The notes below the pieces were generated by a model. That model saw nothing but the letters and a program-made list of their open reading frames with translations. It did not search any database and was not told the DNA's origin. DNA of 57,787 nt, taken from positions 1 to 57,787 of the IMG/VR virus record IMGVR_UViG_3300017763_000019; one strand, 5' to 3'. The translations under genes were made by a program, and so were the position numbers. This document shows positions 47,335 to 55,863 of the stretch, piece by piece; the stretch's first letter is position 1, and each line of letters opens with the position of its first letter. The stretch comes from a virus (Duplodnaviria > Caudoviricetes).

Positions 47335-47335
47335 T

Positions 47336-48262
47336 ATGTCGGGGGTTAGTGGTTCTGATAGAATTAGCAGAGAACATTTTAGTGTTGTCCTAAATGACTA
47401 TAAAAAACTCATTTCGCAATATCCAGGTTTTAAAAGTATAGAACCATCAGGTTCATTTAAATCGGATATGTCAAAAGATAGTTTTGGTGATATGGATTTA
47501 ATCCTACACATTGAAAGTGATAAAGATAAGAAATCACTTAAACTAGATTTAGTAAAATGGTTTAAAGGAATGTCCGACAATGTTGTAGTACCTTTCACAA
47601 GTGAAAAGTATAAAGGTCGTAAGGTATATAATAGTGGTGAAATTGTTACTATTAATTACCCACAAAAAATTGATGATCTCACAGTACAGATAGATAACAT
47701 TATAGCATTGGACGAAGTTGAAGCATCTTTCAAAGGCGACTTCTTAGATATGCCAGCACAGAAACAAGGTTTGGTCTTAGGTTTAATGAAAGTTATACTT
47801 ATTGAAAACACTCCTGAAGTAGTGTTTGAAAAACTAGGAGTTGATTTACCAACTGAGTTATCCGAAGTAGAAGAGTACGAGTTTAATTTAAGTAGTATGG
47901 AAATACAATTACGAAAAGTTACTTACATAGAACCTGGATCATTTAAACAAAAAAGTCGTGAAGTTGTATGGAGTAGTCGTAATTGGAATGAGTTGAAAAA
48001 GATATTGTGGCAATATGATTTGGACCAGAGTTTTGAAGAACTGTTGGTTGAGATTAAAAAACAATTAAAGAATCCTCGTAGTGCAAGACGAATGGCTGGT
48101 GTGTTCAGTTCTATGATCAGTGTTAAGTCGGGCGAGTTAGGTACACCAAAAGGTGATGCTAAAAAAGATGCATTGGATAAAGTACAAAGTATGTTTGGTG
48201 AATCATTCAGTACATTTAAAAGTTATTATTTAGAAATAAAAAGAGGTCGTGATGAACTTTAA
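47336..48262 (+). CDS. Second Pol-beta-superfamily nucleotidyltransferase
   Basis: SGSFKSDMSKDSFGDMDLIL plus VQID; shares the DRIxxE N-terminal motif with the upstream gene. Confidence 0.8.
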   Translation: MSGVSGSDRISREHFSVVLNDYKKLISQYPGFKSIEPSGSFKSDMSKDSFGDMDLILHIESDKDKKSLKLDLVKWFKGMSDNVVVPFTSEKYKGRKVYNSGEIVTINYPQKIDDLTVQIDNIIALDEVEASFKGDFLDMPAQKQGLVLGLMKVILIENTPEVVFEKLGVDLPTELSEVEEYEFNLSSMEIQLRKVTYIEPGSFKQKSREVVWSSRNWNELKKILWQYDLDQSFEELLVEIKKQLKNPRSARRMAGVFSSMISVKSGELGTPKGDAKKDALDKVQSMFGESFSTFKSYYLEIKRGRDEL

Positions 48263-49019
48263 TGATTATAAAAAGTTAATATTAGAAGGTAAACAAGAGG
48301 ACGCGTTTGTTGTGTATGCTGGAAAGTTTCAACCATTCCATATCAATCACTACAGAACATATCAATACTTAGTTGAGCGTTTCGGAAAAGAACGTGTCTA
48401 CATTGCTACTGCAGATACGCCCAAGAAACCAAAGCCGGGTGAACATATACTAGACTTTAAAGAAAAGAAAGAAATAATTACAACTATGTTTAAAGACATA
48501 CCAGCAGACAATGTTGTTCATGAACAAAATGTTTATAACCCCAAAGCAATTAAAAGTAAATTTTCAGAAGACACTCCATACATTGCTATCGTTGGAAAGA
48601 AAGATGCTGAACGACTTTCAAGTGGTAACTACTTCTCTTTCTTAAAGGATCAGGAAGACGATAATTTAAAAGGGTGGAGTGAAAAGGGTTATGTAGAACT
48701 TGCACCACAACAAAATATACAGTACGCAGGTGAAGTTGTAACAGGTACACTTATTAGGGATATCCTAAGCGGTACTGATGAAATTTCTAAGACAGAGATA
48801 CTATCACTAATATATACAGAACTTGATGACTATACAGTAAACTTTATTAAACGAAAGTTTAAAGGTGTTGAAACTAAAGAGGAGCAAATGGGTATGACAC
48901 AGTCTTCTGAAGAAGTTGATAAAAATACCAGTGAACTTTCAGGATCTAAGACAATAAACGTAGTAACGGATAAGGGTAAGATTGTACAAAGGACGGTAGT
49001 ACCAGAAGACAAACTCTAG
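48249..49019 (+). CDS. HIGH-superfamily (cytidylyl/NMN-adenylyl-transferase-like) nucleotidyltransferase with CTS-like N-terminus
   Basis: VYAGKFQPFHINH (HxGH variant), VGKKD, VTGTLIR; MNFNDYKKLILE/G leader. Confidence 0.8.
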   Translation: MMNFNDYKKLILEGKQEDAFVVYAGKFQPFHINHYRTYQYLVERFGKERVYIATADTPKKPKPGEHILDFKEKKEIITTMFKDIPADNVVHEQNVYNPKAIKSKFSEDTPYIAIVGKKDAERLSSGNYFSFLKDQEDDNLKGWSEKGYVELAPQQNIQYAGEVVTGTLIRDILSGTDEISKTEILSLIYTELDDYTVNFIKRKFKGVETKEEQMGMTQSSEEVDKNTSELSGSKTINVVTDKGKIVQRTVVPEDKL

Positions 49020-49031
49020 TAGAAATAACAG

Positions 49032-49060
49032 TTGACAGAATAAGACATAATTATTATTAT
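49032..49060 (+). promoter_or_regulatory. Sigma70-type promoter
   Basis: TTGACA-N17-TATTAT. Confidence 0.7.
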
Positions 49061-49061
49061 T

Positions 49062-49093
49062 AGTGTAGGTATAGTTTGTACCTGCACTTTTTT
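49062..49093 (+). terminator. Terminator closing the NTase operon
   Basis: AGTGTAGGTA-TAGTTTG-TACCTGCACT-TTTTT. Confidence 0.7.
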
Positions 49094-49102
49094 GTTGGTC
49101 AT

Positions 49103-49723
49103 ATGGAAAATATTACAGTAGAGATATATAGTGAAGGAATGGAACTAGCAGAAGTCAAAAGAACAATTAGTAAATTTCAAAAAAAGAATAAGTTAGATTT
49201 TAAAGTAAAGATATTAATTGATTGGTTTAGTGAGTTCGCTGGATATTATTATTTTGGGGAAGACGAGGTGAAACTATTTGTCAATCCAATAAACTGTCAA
49301 TACTTTGATAGGACGTTTGGATATACAGATGATAATTCTTTTGTTGGAGTAATGACACATGAGTTCTCCCATTGTATTGATGACAAGTATGGACTACAAG
49401 CAGACTATCGTGTTTATACTAAAGCTAATGGTAGATTAATGTTAAATGATTATGTTAGAAGAACTAACATAAGTGAAGAGATTGCTGAACTGGTTTGTCT
49501 GTATATTAACAACCCATACTTATTAAAACATATAGATGTTCCAAGATACAAGTGGTTGTCAAAATACTTCAAGTCTACCACACCTTGTTCGGAAAAGAAT
49601 TTTAAGGAAAGATGGAAAGCTTGGGATGGTGAGACTAGAAAGCTTTGTTGGAAGGATTGGGGAATTAAAGTAGTAAAACAGAATATCTATCTTAGGAAGC
49701 GAAAAAGAGTTGACAAGAAGTGA
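49103..49723 (+). CDS. Zincin-like metallopeptidase
   Basis: THEFSHCID (HExxH) plus downstream EEIAE. Confidence 0.7.
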   Translation: MENITVEIYSEGMELAEVKRTISKFQKKNKLDFKVKILIDWFSEFAGYYYFGEDEVKLFVNPINCQYFDRTFGYTDDNSFVGVMTHEFSHCIDDKYGLQADYRVYTKANGRLMLNDYVRRTNISEEIAELVCLYINNPYLLKHIDVPRYKWLSKYFKSTTPCSEKNFKERWKAWDGETRKLCWKDWGIKVVKQNIYLRKRKRVDKK

Positions 49724-49738
49724 TTAAATAACTAACTT
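49710..49738 (+). promoter_or_regulatory. Sigma70-type promoter
   Basis: TTGACA-N17-TAACTT. Confidence 0.55.
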
Positions 49739-49771
49739 TTATTTATAATCAAACAACCGAAGGAATAGATT

Positions 49772-50083
49772 ATGTTTAAAGCAATAATTGTAATAATAGT
49801 ATTAATAGTATTAACTGTAACTGTATGTACTGAAGAAGAAAAGAAGACTGTTGTGAAGAATACTAAAGAAACTGGTTCATTTCTGATCAATATGAAGAAT
49901 GCGTTTGTGGAAGGTCTTGAAGAAATGGATGCAAAAAGTAGAAAAATATTACAAGAAGGGACGGATGCTCGAAATAAACAAGTAAGAGATAATGAGTTAA
50001 GGGAGATGAGAGCTTTTAAAAAGAATCGTGCCAAGGAAGATGCTATATTAAAAGAACAAATTAAAAATCATGTAAGACAGTAA
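49772..50083 (+). CDS. Membrane-anchored coiled-coil protein
   Basis: N-terminal hydrophobic helix followed by a charged helix. Confidence 0.6.
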   Translation: MFKAIIVIIVLIVLTVTVCTEEEKKTVVKNTKETGSFLINMKNAFVEGLEEMDAKSRKILQEGTDARNKQVRDNELREMRAFKKNRAKEDAILKEQIKNHVRQ

Positions 50084-50091
50084 GGAATTAA

Positions 50092-50589
50092 ATGTTAAAA
50101 GAAATTACCGCAACAGGTTTTAAAGGAGCCTCCCAAGGTGGATTGGCTGCAGGATTTAGTAGAGACATAACAACAAGTGGTTTTGCACCAAAGGGTTATA
50201 GAATACCAGGTGGTGAAGATCCAGGTCTGAAATATTTAGGTTTAGAAGAACATGAGAGTGATAAGATTGGTACTGTTGTTGAGAGTAATCTTTTTAAGGC
50301 AGATGCTGTCCTATTCTTTTGTAGTGAAATAGAATCAGAAATGGAAAAGAAGATATTGGAGATGGTAGACATTCTTAACATTCCAATCTTAAAAGTAAAT
50401 ATTACCAAACCCTTGGACAAAAGAATTGTAGTCAACTTCATTGTACATAATAAAGTTAAAATATTACACATCACAGGTAAGACAGATACACATAGTAACA
50501 AGACAGTCTATTCATTTGTTAGGAACTATGTAATAACTATTATTGATGAGTTACGACTAGACTACTCCTTTAGAAATAGTATTTATTAA
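50092..50589 (+). CDS. Divergent SLOG-fold protein (cpYpsA / 'MoCo carrier' family)
   Basis: KEITATGFKGASQGGL, TSGFAPKGY, N...ADAVLFF, ILHITG. Confidence 0.65.
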   Translation: MLKEITATGFKGASQGGLAAGFSRDITTSGFAPKGYRIPGGEDPGLKYLGLEEHESDKIGTVVESNLFKADAVLFFCSEIESEMEKKILEMVDILNIPILKVNITKPLDKRIVVNFIVHNKVKILHITGKTDTHSNKTVYSFVRNYVITIIDELRLDYSFRNSIY

Positions 50590-50598
50590 GGATAAGAA

Positions 50599-50835
50599 AT
50601 GAACAAGACGATATTCCAATTATTAATAGTAGTGCCTGCATTAGTGGGTAGTATAATGTTAAGTTTTGACAATGAGAGTTGGGAATTAGGTGGTTGGACA
50701 CTCTACCTAATCTCGGACTTTATTGGAATTGTCTTTTTCTTAAGAGAAAAGATGTTGCCAATGACCTTTCAATTTATTATATTTGCTTTTATAGCATTGA
50801 ACGCAATTTACCAAAGACTTGGAGATGTACTATGA
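50599..50835 (+). CDS. Small 3-TM membrane protein (half-PnuC/SemiSWEET-like)
   Basis: Three hydrophobic segments; GWTLYLISD, FQF...N. Confidence 0.5.
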   Translation: MNKTIFQLLIVVPALVGSIMLSFDNESWELGGWTLYLISDFIGIVFFLREKMLPMTFQFIIFAFIALNAIYQRLGDVL

Positions 50836-51284
50836 AAGACTTTATTTTGAACATACAGGTATTGTATGTACTAGTCAAAACGGTTCTAATTGGATCTATT
50901 GGATTGACCTACCTGGGTTATATTGATTATACTATATTTAACTATATTTTAATTGGTGTGAATGTTCTTTTACTAATTAAAATATATGATGAGTTTGAAG
51001 CATTTATGATACTACGAATTATTAAAAAAGCGGAGGTTATGACAGTTGATGTATCAAGACTACTTTACCAAATGTATATGAATGATAATAGTTTTGGTGG
51101 AGTTATTACTAAGTACATCTTCGAATTTCCACTAATGTTATTTTTCGCATATCATGGTTACATCTTCACCACTATTGTGTGGATGTACCTTCTAGTAATT
51201 GATGCAATAATTAGAGATGGTACAGTACATATTTTAACTACTAAGACTATCGTTGATAATCCCGTTGATGATAAAGAAGTTTAA
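50832..51284 (+). CDS. Multi-TM membrane protein
   Basis: Start moved to ATG 50832 (GGAG RBS, ATGA overlap). Confidence 0.6.
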   Translation: MKDFILNIQVLYVLVKTVLIGSIGLTYLGYIDYTIFNYILIGVNVLLLIKIYDEFEAFMILRIIKKAEVMTVDVSRLLYQMYMNDNSFGGVITKYIFEFPLMLFFAYHGYIFTTIVWMYLLVIDAIIRDGTVHILTTKTIVDNPVDDKEV

Positions 51285-51315
51285 TCTATATTTGTAATAA
51301 AGAAAAGAGTAATGT

Positions 51316-51972
51316 ATGAGTAAGCGAAATAAAAATGTTTTACACTTTAGTCACCAAGATGATTTTTACAACAAACGTGAACAGGTATTGGAACATCTTA
51401 TAAACAAATATCATGTTATAGAAAAAATGTATAGTAGAGTTATTGTAAAAGTAAATGGGATGACAATTCACATACAGTTGTTTGAGGTAAACTCTCGTGA
51501 TTATGATAATTGTAAAGTTCGTGTGGTAGTTAGTAATCAAACACCAGATGAGAGGAAGTATCGCTATACGAGTAAACACCAGAAATCTTTTAGTGAGGGT
51601 GAGGGTACTGGAAAACCTATACTATCTTTAAACAAAGTATATAAGTATGTTGATCAGCTTGCTAAAAAGTTGTGTGAACTAGAAGTTACTACTGCTAAGA
51701 ACGAGAAATTAGAAGCTATGAAACAGATGAAACATCGTACTTTAATTTCTAGACAATTAAACAACGCACAGGTAGTTGTTAGGTATGGTGACACATATGA
51801 AATAAAAGAGGATTCAAATATTAGGTTCAATGTTCAAAGTGACGGAACGATTAGTACCATTTTCAATACTTTTATGGTCAAGTTAAATGAAAACACCAGT
51901 GAAATGATTTTAGAATTACAAGATGTTTTAAAGAGGTTAGAAGAAGCGAATGTCCAAACAAGTATTAATTGA
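51316..51972 (+). CDS. Hypothetical protein
   Basis: ORF downstream of TATATTTG at 51287. Confidence 0.6.
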   Translation: MSKRNKNVLHFSHQDDFYNKREQVLEHLINKYHVIEKMYSRVIVKVNGMTIHIQLFEVNSRDYDNCKVRVVVSNQTPDERKYRYTSKHQKSFSEGEGTGKPILSLNKVYKYVDQLAKKLCELEVTTAKNEKLEAMKQMKHRTLISRQLNNAQVVVRYGDTYEIKEDSNIRFNVQSDGTISTIFNTFMVKLNENTSEMILELQDVLKRLEEANVQTSIN

Positions 51973-52504
51973 CCGGTTAAAAGAGGAATATGGAGAGAAG
52001 TTTGTATATCAAGAGCAAGGGCGTGGTTATTTTGAACACAATGAGATTACCCTAAGCATAAACATACAAAATAGAAAGTGTGGATTAGAATTTAGTTTCT
52101 ACACGATCGATTATCCTGGGAGAGTTCGTGTCAGTGATAAGAATGGTACGAACGAGAACTTCATACCAAATGTCATTTCCAAATTGGAAACTGAGTTGAA
52201 GTTAAGGGAACAAAAAATGATTAGTGAACTCAAGTTAAGTAGGATTAAGGAACTTGAACAAATGTCGATTAAAGCTTATACAAATAAGTTTATCAACTTG
52301 GATGACTATGGGTTCAACGAACACTCGTCCGGTATTAATTTAAGTTTTAATAAGAACACCGTATCGGTTTCAAGACCAAAAGCAAGACCGGGGAGAATGT
52401 TGTTGGATACCAATAAGAAGTTTCGCTGTGTATGTGATATGAAATTTACAAACGAAGAGTATTCAAAATTTTTAAACTTTTTAAAGGAGATGAAAAACGT
52501 ATAA
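51950..52504 (+). CDS. Hypothetical protein
   Basis: Overlapping ORF in the operon. Confidence 0.6.
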   Translation: MSKQVLIDRLKEEYGEKFVYQEQGRGYFEHNEITLSINIQNRKCGLEFSFYTIDYPGRVRVSDKNGTNENFIPNVISKLETELKLREQKMISELKLSRIKELEQMSIKAYTNKFINLDDYGFNEHSSGINLSFNKNTVSVSRPKARPGRMLLDTNKKFRCVCDMKFTNEEYSKFLNFLKEMKNV

Positions 52505-52755
52505 TGAAAAAGAAAAAATATAATGTAGAAGTGTATACCGACGGATCTGAATTTTGGTATTACAATGGATTAATGCACAGGGAAAATGGACCGGCGGTTA
52601 CTGAAGAAACGGGTGATAATTATTGGTATCTAGAAGGTAAATGTATGACTAAAGAAGATTGGGATGGAACTCTTAATCGGCTTGTGACTGACATGACATT
52701 GAAAGAAGTTGAAGATAAACTTGGATATAAGATTAGAATAGTAGAGGAAGATTAA
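52504..52755 (+). CDS. Phage protein with HRxxGPA motif
   Basis: WYYNGLMHRENGPAV...WYLEGK and MTLKEVEDKLGYKIRIV, common in small phage proteins. Confidence 0.7.
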   Translation: MKKKKYNVEVYTDGSEFWYYNGLMHRENGPAVTEETGDNYWYLEGKCMTKEDWDGTLNRLVTDMTLKEVEDKLGYKIRIVEED

Positions 52756-52756
52756 A

Positions 52757-53101
52757 ATGCAAGAAAAATTAATTATACATTGTGATGAATACAACTGGAC
52801 ACTGACGGCACAAAGGGTGGTGAGTAAAAAAGGTTCGAAGAATATGGGTGGAACATATGAACATACAATAGGATTCTTTTCTACACTAGCTACTTTAGCA
52901 AAGTATGCAAACGAACGACAACTACGAGTACATGGTTTGAAAGATTACGAAGAGGCACGAGACGAACTTCAACGTGTCTTGGATGATACTATTGCAAAAT
53001 TAAATGTACATGAGTGTGGTAGTAATGTAAAAGCTTGTATTAACGCGGATACCAATTCAACTCTTACTAAACAGAAACGTGGACGTAAGAAAACTGAATA
53101 G
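52757..53101 (+). CDS. Hypothetical protein
   Basis: GAGG RBS; DEYNWTL...IGFFSTL. Confidence 0.65.
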   Translation: MQEKLIIHCDEYNWTLTAQRVVSKKGSKNMGGTYEHTIGFFSTLATLAKYANERQLRVHGLKDYEEARDELQRVLDDTIAKLNVHECGSNVKACINADTNSTLTKQKRGRKKTE

Positions 53102-53121
53102 ACCAACTCATAAATACCTAT

Positions 53122-53448
53122 ATGAAAGATTTGTATATTAAACGTAAACTATCCTTTTGTTCAAGAGATGGATTTGTATCACCAGGATGTCTATCTGATG
53201 TGCCGTTAGGAATGAGATATACTTTTGTTTTATATGAAAGAAATACCACACCGAAACATTTATCGGGTGGTGTTTTTGAGGTTTATGAAATTGAAAGATA
53301 TGATAAGTTGATAGAGGGTATATGTAACAGTACCACCAATGCCATACTATCATCTAGACATAGTGAAAATTTTATTAGAAAATTGTGTGAGTATAAATTA
53401 CATTATAAGAGACGAATAGAAATATATTACGAAGAAGATTATATCTAA
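53122..53448 (+). CDS. Hypothetical protein, paralog 1 of 3
   Basis: ICNS..AIL..HSENFIRKLC motif. Confidence 0.6.
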   Translation: MKDLYIKRKLSFCSRDGFVSPGCLSDVPLGMRYTFVLYERNTTPKHLSGGVFEVYEIERYDKLIEGICNSTTNAILSSRHSENFIRKLCEYKLHYKRRIEIYYEEDYI

Positions 53449-53516
53449 GGAGAACTAACAAAGAATACCTGTAAAAATTGGTGGTGATTTATCAATTCAA
53501 TTTAGGAGAACTTAAC

Positions 53517-53873
53517 ATGAGTCTTGTTATTATAAAGAAATATTTAAACGCTGAAGGACATATAGATTGTCTATACGAACTTCAAAATGATAATGGAATA
53601 GGTAATAAAAAAATAAACATCATTGAGAAAAGTGATGTACAAATCATTAGGGAGATATGTAATAGTGCTGTATGTGCGTTATTATATAAACATCACTCAA
53701 ATGATTTTATGAGAAGATTGTGTAATGTTAGAATGAACCAAAGAGAAAATTTGGAAATACTTACTGAGGATTTTGTTTATAGTAATCTAGATGATGCCTC
53801 TGGAACAGTAAAGGAAATAGAAATTGACGATGCTATTAACATCAAAAGACAGTTGATGTTAATGTTAGTGTAA
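53517..53873 (+). CDS. Hypothetical protein, paralog 2 of 3
   Basis: AGGAG RBS; ICNS..ALL..HSNDFMRRLC. Confidence 0.6.
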   Translation: MSLVIIKKYLNAEGHIDCLYELQNDNGIGNKKINIIEKSDVQIIREICNSAVCALLYKHHSNDFMRRLCNVRMNQRENLEILTEDFVYSNLDDASGTVKEIEIDDAINIKRQLMLMLV

Positions 53874-53883
53874 AGAGAATGGT

Positions 53884-54159
53884 ATGAAATTAATTGAAGT
53901 GAATGGAACAACGAACTATTATTTGGAACTGTACCAACATAATTATATGCAGGACAGTTTGTATGGTATGGTCAAGGAACGAGGGGTTACTGTTATGACT
54001 GTCCAGTTTAAACTTAGACAATATCCATTGATAGTAGAAATATGTAGAGGAAAAGATAGAAAACTTTTAATGGGGATCTATAAAAATGATAGTATTAAGA
54101 GTTTGTGTAAACTTAGAATACGCAATAAGAAGCCTATTAAAATGGTTAATTATACTTAG
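53884..54159 (+). CDS. Hypothetical protein, paralog 3 of 3
   Basis: EICRG..KLL...NDSIKSLC. Confidence 0.55.
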   Translation: MKLIEVNGTTNYYLELYQHNYMQDSLYGMVKERGVTVMTVQFKLRQYPLIVEICRGKDRKLLMGIYKNDSIKSLCKLRIRNKKPIKMVNYT

Positions 54160-54161
54160 AT

Positions 54162-54169
54162 TATAAATA
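54162..54169 (+). promoter_or_regulatory. T4-type late promoter
   Basis: TATAAATA, then a GGAGG RBS. Confidence 0.75.
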
Positions 54170-54189
54170 CTTAAAACGGAGGATATGTA

Positions 54190-54450
54190 ATGAGATTTAC
54201 AGATTTTATATCAAAGGACAAAGTAATTTCAGAATCGGGTTTTGATAATAGATTTGAATATATTTCAAACACATTTCAAACCGCGATTGAAAGTATGATG
54301 GATGAACAAGAATTTGTGGGTAAAGCAAACACTAAACAAATACAAAAGTTAAACACTTTACTCACACAGACTTTTGAGAAATGGGCTCAAGAGTTTGAAA
54401 AAGAACTAAACGATATAGACAGACAAGAGTCTGACGAAGGAGAAAAATAG
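54190..54450 (+). CDS. Putative internal head protein
   Basis: MRFTDFISKDKVISE/S leader; acidic and helical. Confidence 0.6.
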   Translation: MRFTDFISKDKVISESGFDNRFEYISNTFQTAIESMMDEQEFVGKANTKQIQKLNTLLTQTFEKWAQEFEKELNDIDRQESDEGEK

Positions 54451-54451
54451 T

Positions 54452-54736
54452 ATGAGTACTAAATTTAAACAGTATGTAACAGAAGCTGAAGCTACTGGAA
54501 GAATCACATCACAGGTAGTAAAAGTAACAGAAGAATTTGTTGCTAAAGTAGAATCACTCACAAAAGAATCCGAGGACATTTATAGACCAGGTGGAGATGA
54601 AGCTACTTCTTATCGTGATAAGTACACAGCTGTTCGTGACCAATTGGTTTTGGTACAGAAAGCTTGTGAACGTCTTATTAATGTTGCAGAAGACGCAGAT
54701 CGTGTCCTTGATACAGCAAAGACACAACAAGCATAA
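54452..54736 (+). CDS. Putative internal head protein
   Basis: MSTKFKQYVTE/A leader. Confidence 0.6.
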   Translation: MSTKFKQYVTEAEATGRITSQVVKVTEEFVAKVESLTKESEDIYRPGGDEATSYRDKYTAVRDQLVLVQKACERLINVAEDADRVLDTAKTQQA

Positions 54737-54996
54737 TGAGTCTAAGAAGATTTATAAGAGAGGCGAATGGTGAGGTTATAGAACCTCTACCTGTTGTTGA
54801 AGCTACTCCACTCGATGTTAAGTTGGGTGATATAGAGGAACACTTCGAAAACTACACAGGTGCCATTGCCGATTTTATAATGACCCTCAAAGAAAATGGA
54901 TTGAAGAGTGATGATGAGTTTAAAGATTCCATTGATCAGTTGATGGAAGTACATGAAGAACTTAAAAATAATTTGTGGAAACATAATAAAGAATAG
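54736..54996 (+). CDS. Putative internal head protein
   Basis: MSLRRFIRE/A leader. Confidence 0.6.
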   Translation: MSLRRFIREANGEVIEPLPVVEATPLDVKLGDIEEHFENYTGAIADFIMTLKENGLKSDDEFKDSIDQLMEVHEELKNNLWKHNKE

Positions 54997-55014
54997 CTCT
55001 TACTATTAAACTAA

Positions 55015-55022
55015 TATAAATA
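55015..55022 (+). promoter_or_regulatory. T4-type late promoter
   Basis: TATAAATA. Confidence 0.75.
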
Positions 55023-55054
55023 CTATGAAGAAAGTATTTAAAAGGAGAAAAATA

Positions 55055-55495
55055 ATGTCTGATTATAGAGAGTTAATTAATGAAGCGATTAAATTGGGCT
55101 CACGAAGACTTGTAGAAGAAGAGGAAGAAACAGCACCAATTGAAAACTTAGAAGATGGAACTTCGTCGGATGTTATTGGTGTTTCAAAACAACTAACAGA
55201 TGCATTTGACAACTACCTCGATCTACTGGCAAGTTCAATTTCCGATTTGGAAGATGTTGCGGCTAATGATCCAGAAGGAATGGAATATATTATTGACCTA
55301 ACAACTAAAGGTCAAAAAATGGAAACAGCGTTTTCAAGATTAAAAGAAGTTCTACTTAAAGCACCTAAAAAACTTGGTGGACCAGTAGACGACCCTTCAA
55401 CAGAAGTTGCACCGGTACCTGTTGAAACCGAACCCGAACCTGAAACTGTAAGAAGTGATGGATTTGGATCAGTAGAGGATGTAGAAGAAATCTAA
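55055..55495 (+). CDS. Putative internal head protein
   Basis: ATG 55055 after AAGGAG; MSDYRELINEA shares DYRELINEA with ORF 1892. Confidence 0.65.
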   Translation: MSDYRELINEAIKLGSRRLVEEEEETAPIENLEDGTSSDVIGVSKQLTDAFDNYLDLLASSISDLEDVAANDPEGMEYIIDLTTKGQKMETAFSRLKEVLLKAPKKLGGPVDDPSTEVAPVPVETEPEPETVRSDGFGSVEDVEEI

Positions 55496-55510
55496 AAAAA
55501 GGAGTCGACG

Positions 55511-55750
55511 ATGGCTAGGAAAACAAAGGCGGATAATGATGATCTTGTGGAGAACTTCATTGCTGTTGTAAAGTCATCCATCATATTACAACTTGGTATA
55601 TTGATTTTTTTTACGGCTATTTCATTTGTGATCGTTGTGGGTGGTGGTATCAAAGTGATGGGTTTTAATATTATTGAATCGGAAGTGTCCGATGAAGTGT
55701 ATAAAGACCACGATGAAAATGATAAATTGGATATTTTAGAAATGAAATAA
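55511..55750 (+). CDS. Small membrane protein
   Basis: GGAG RBS; central hydrophobic segment. Confidence 0.6.
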   Translation: MARKTKADNDDLVENFIAVVKSSIILQLGILIFFTAISFVIVVGGGIKVMGFNIIESEVSDEVYKDHDENDKLDILEMK

Positions 55751-55772
55751 TATTATGAAATAACAGAACTAC

Positions 55773-55804
55773 AAACGACTACTTGAAAGAGTAGTCGTTT
55801 TTTT
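55773..55804 (+). terminator. Intrinsic terminator
   Basis: AAACGACTACT-TGAAAG-AGTAGTCGTTT-TTTT. Confidence 0.85.
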
Positions 55805-55834
55805 GTATGTCCATAGATAATCCACAATATATCC

Positions 55835-55863
55835 TTGACAAGACAGTAGAATGATACTATATT
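55835..55863 (+). promoter_or_regulatory. Sigma70-type early promoter
   Basis: TTGACA-N17-TATATT. Confidence 0.8.

Noticed and set aside
46351-48262. Calling the NTase pair a CBASS defence system
   Set aside because: No Cap effector or Cap2/Cap3 genes are adjacent; only the generic Pol-beta motif is visible, so the product is left open.
7958-55054. Upstream starts given by the track (7958, 32018, 32523, 40167, 40954, 41708, 49076, 50679, 53478, 55025)
   Set aside because: They overlap promoters, terminators or upstream genes; downstream ATGs, most with SD sites or stop/start overlaps, fit better.
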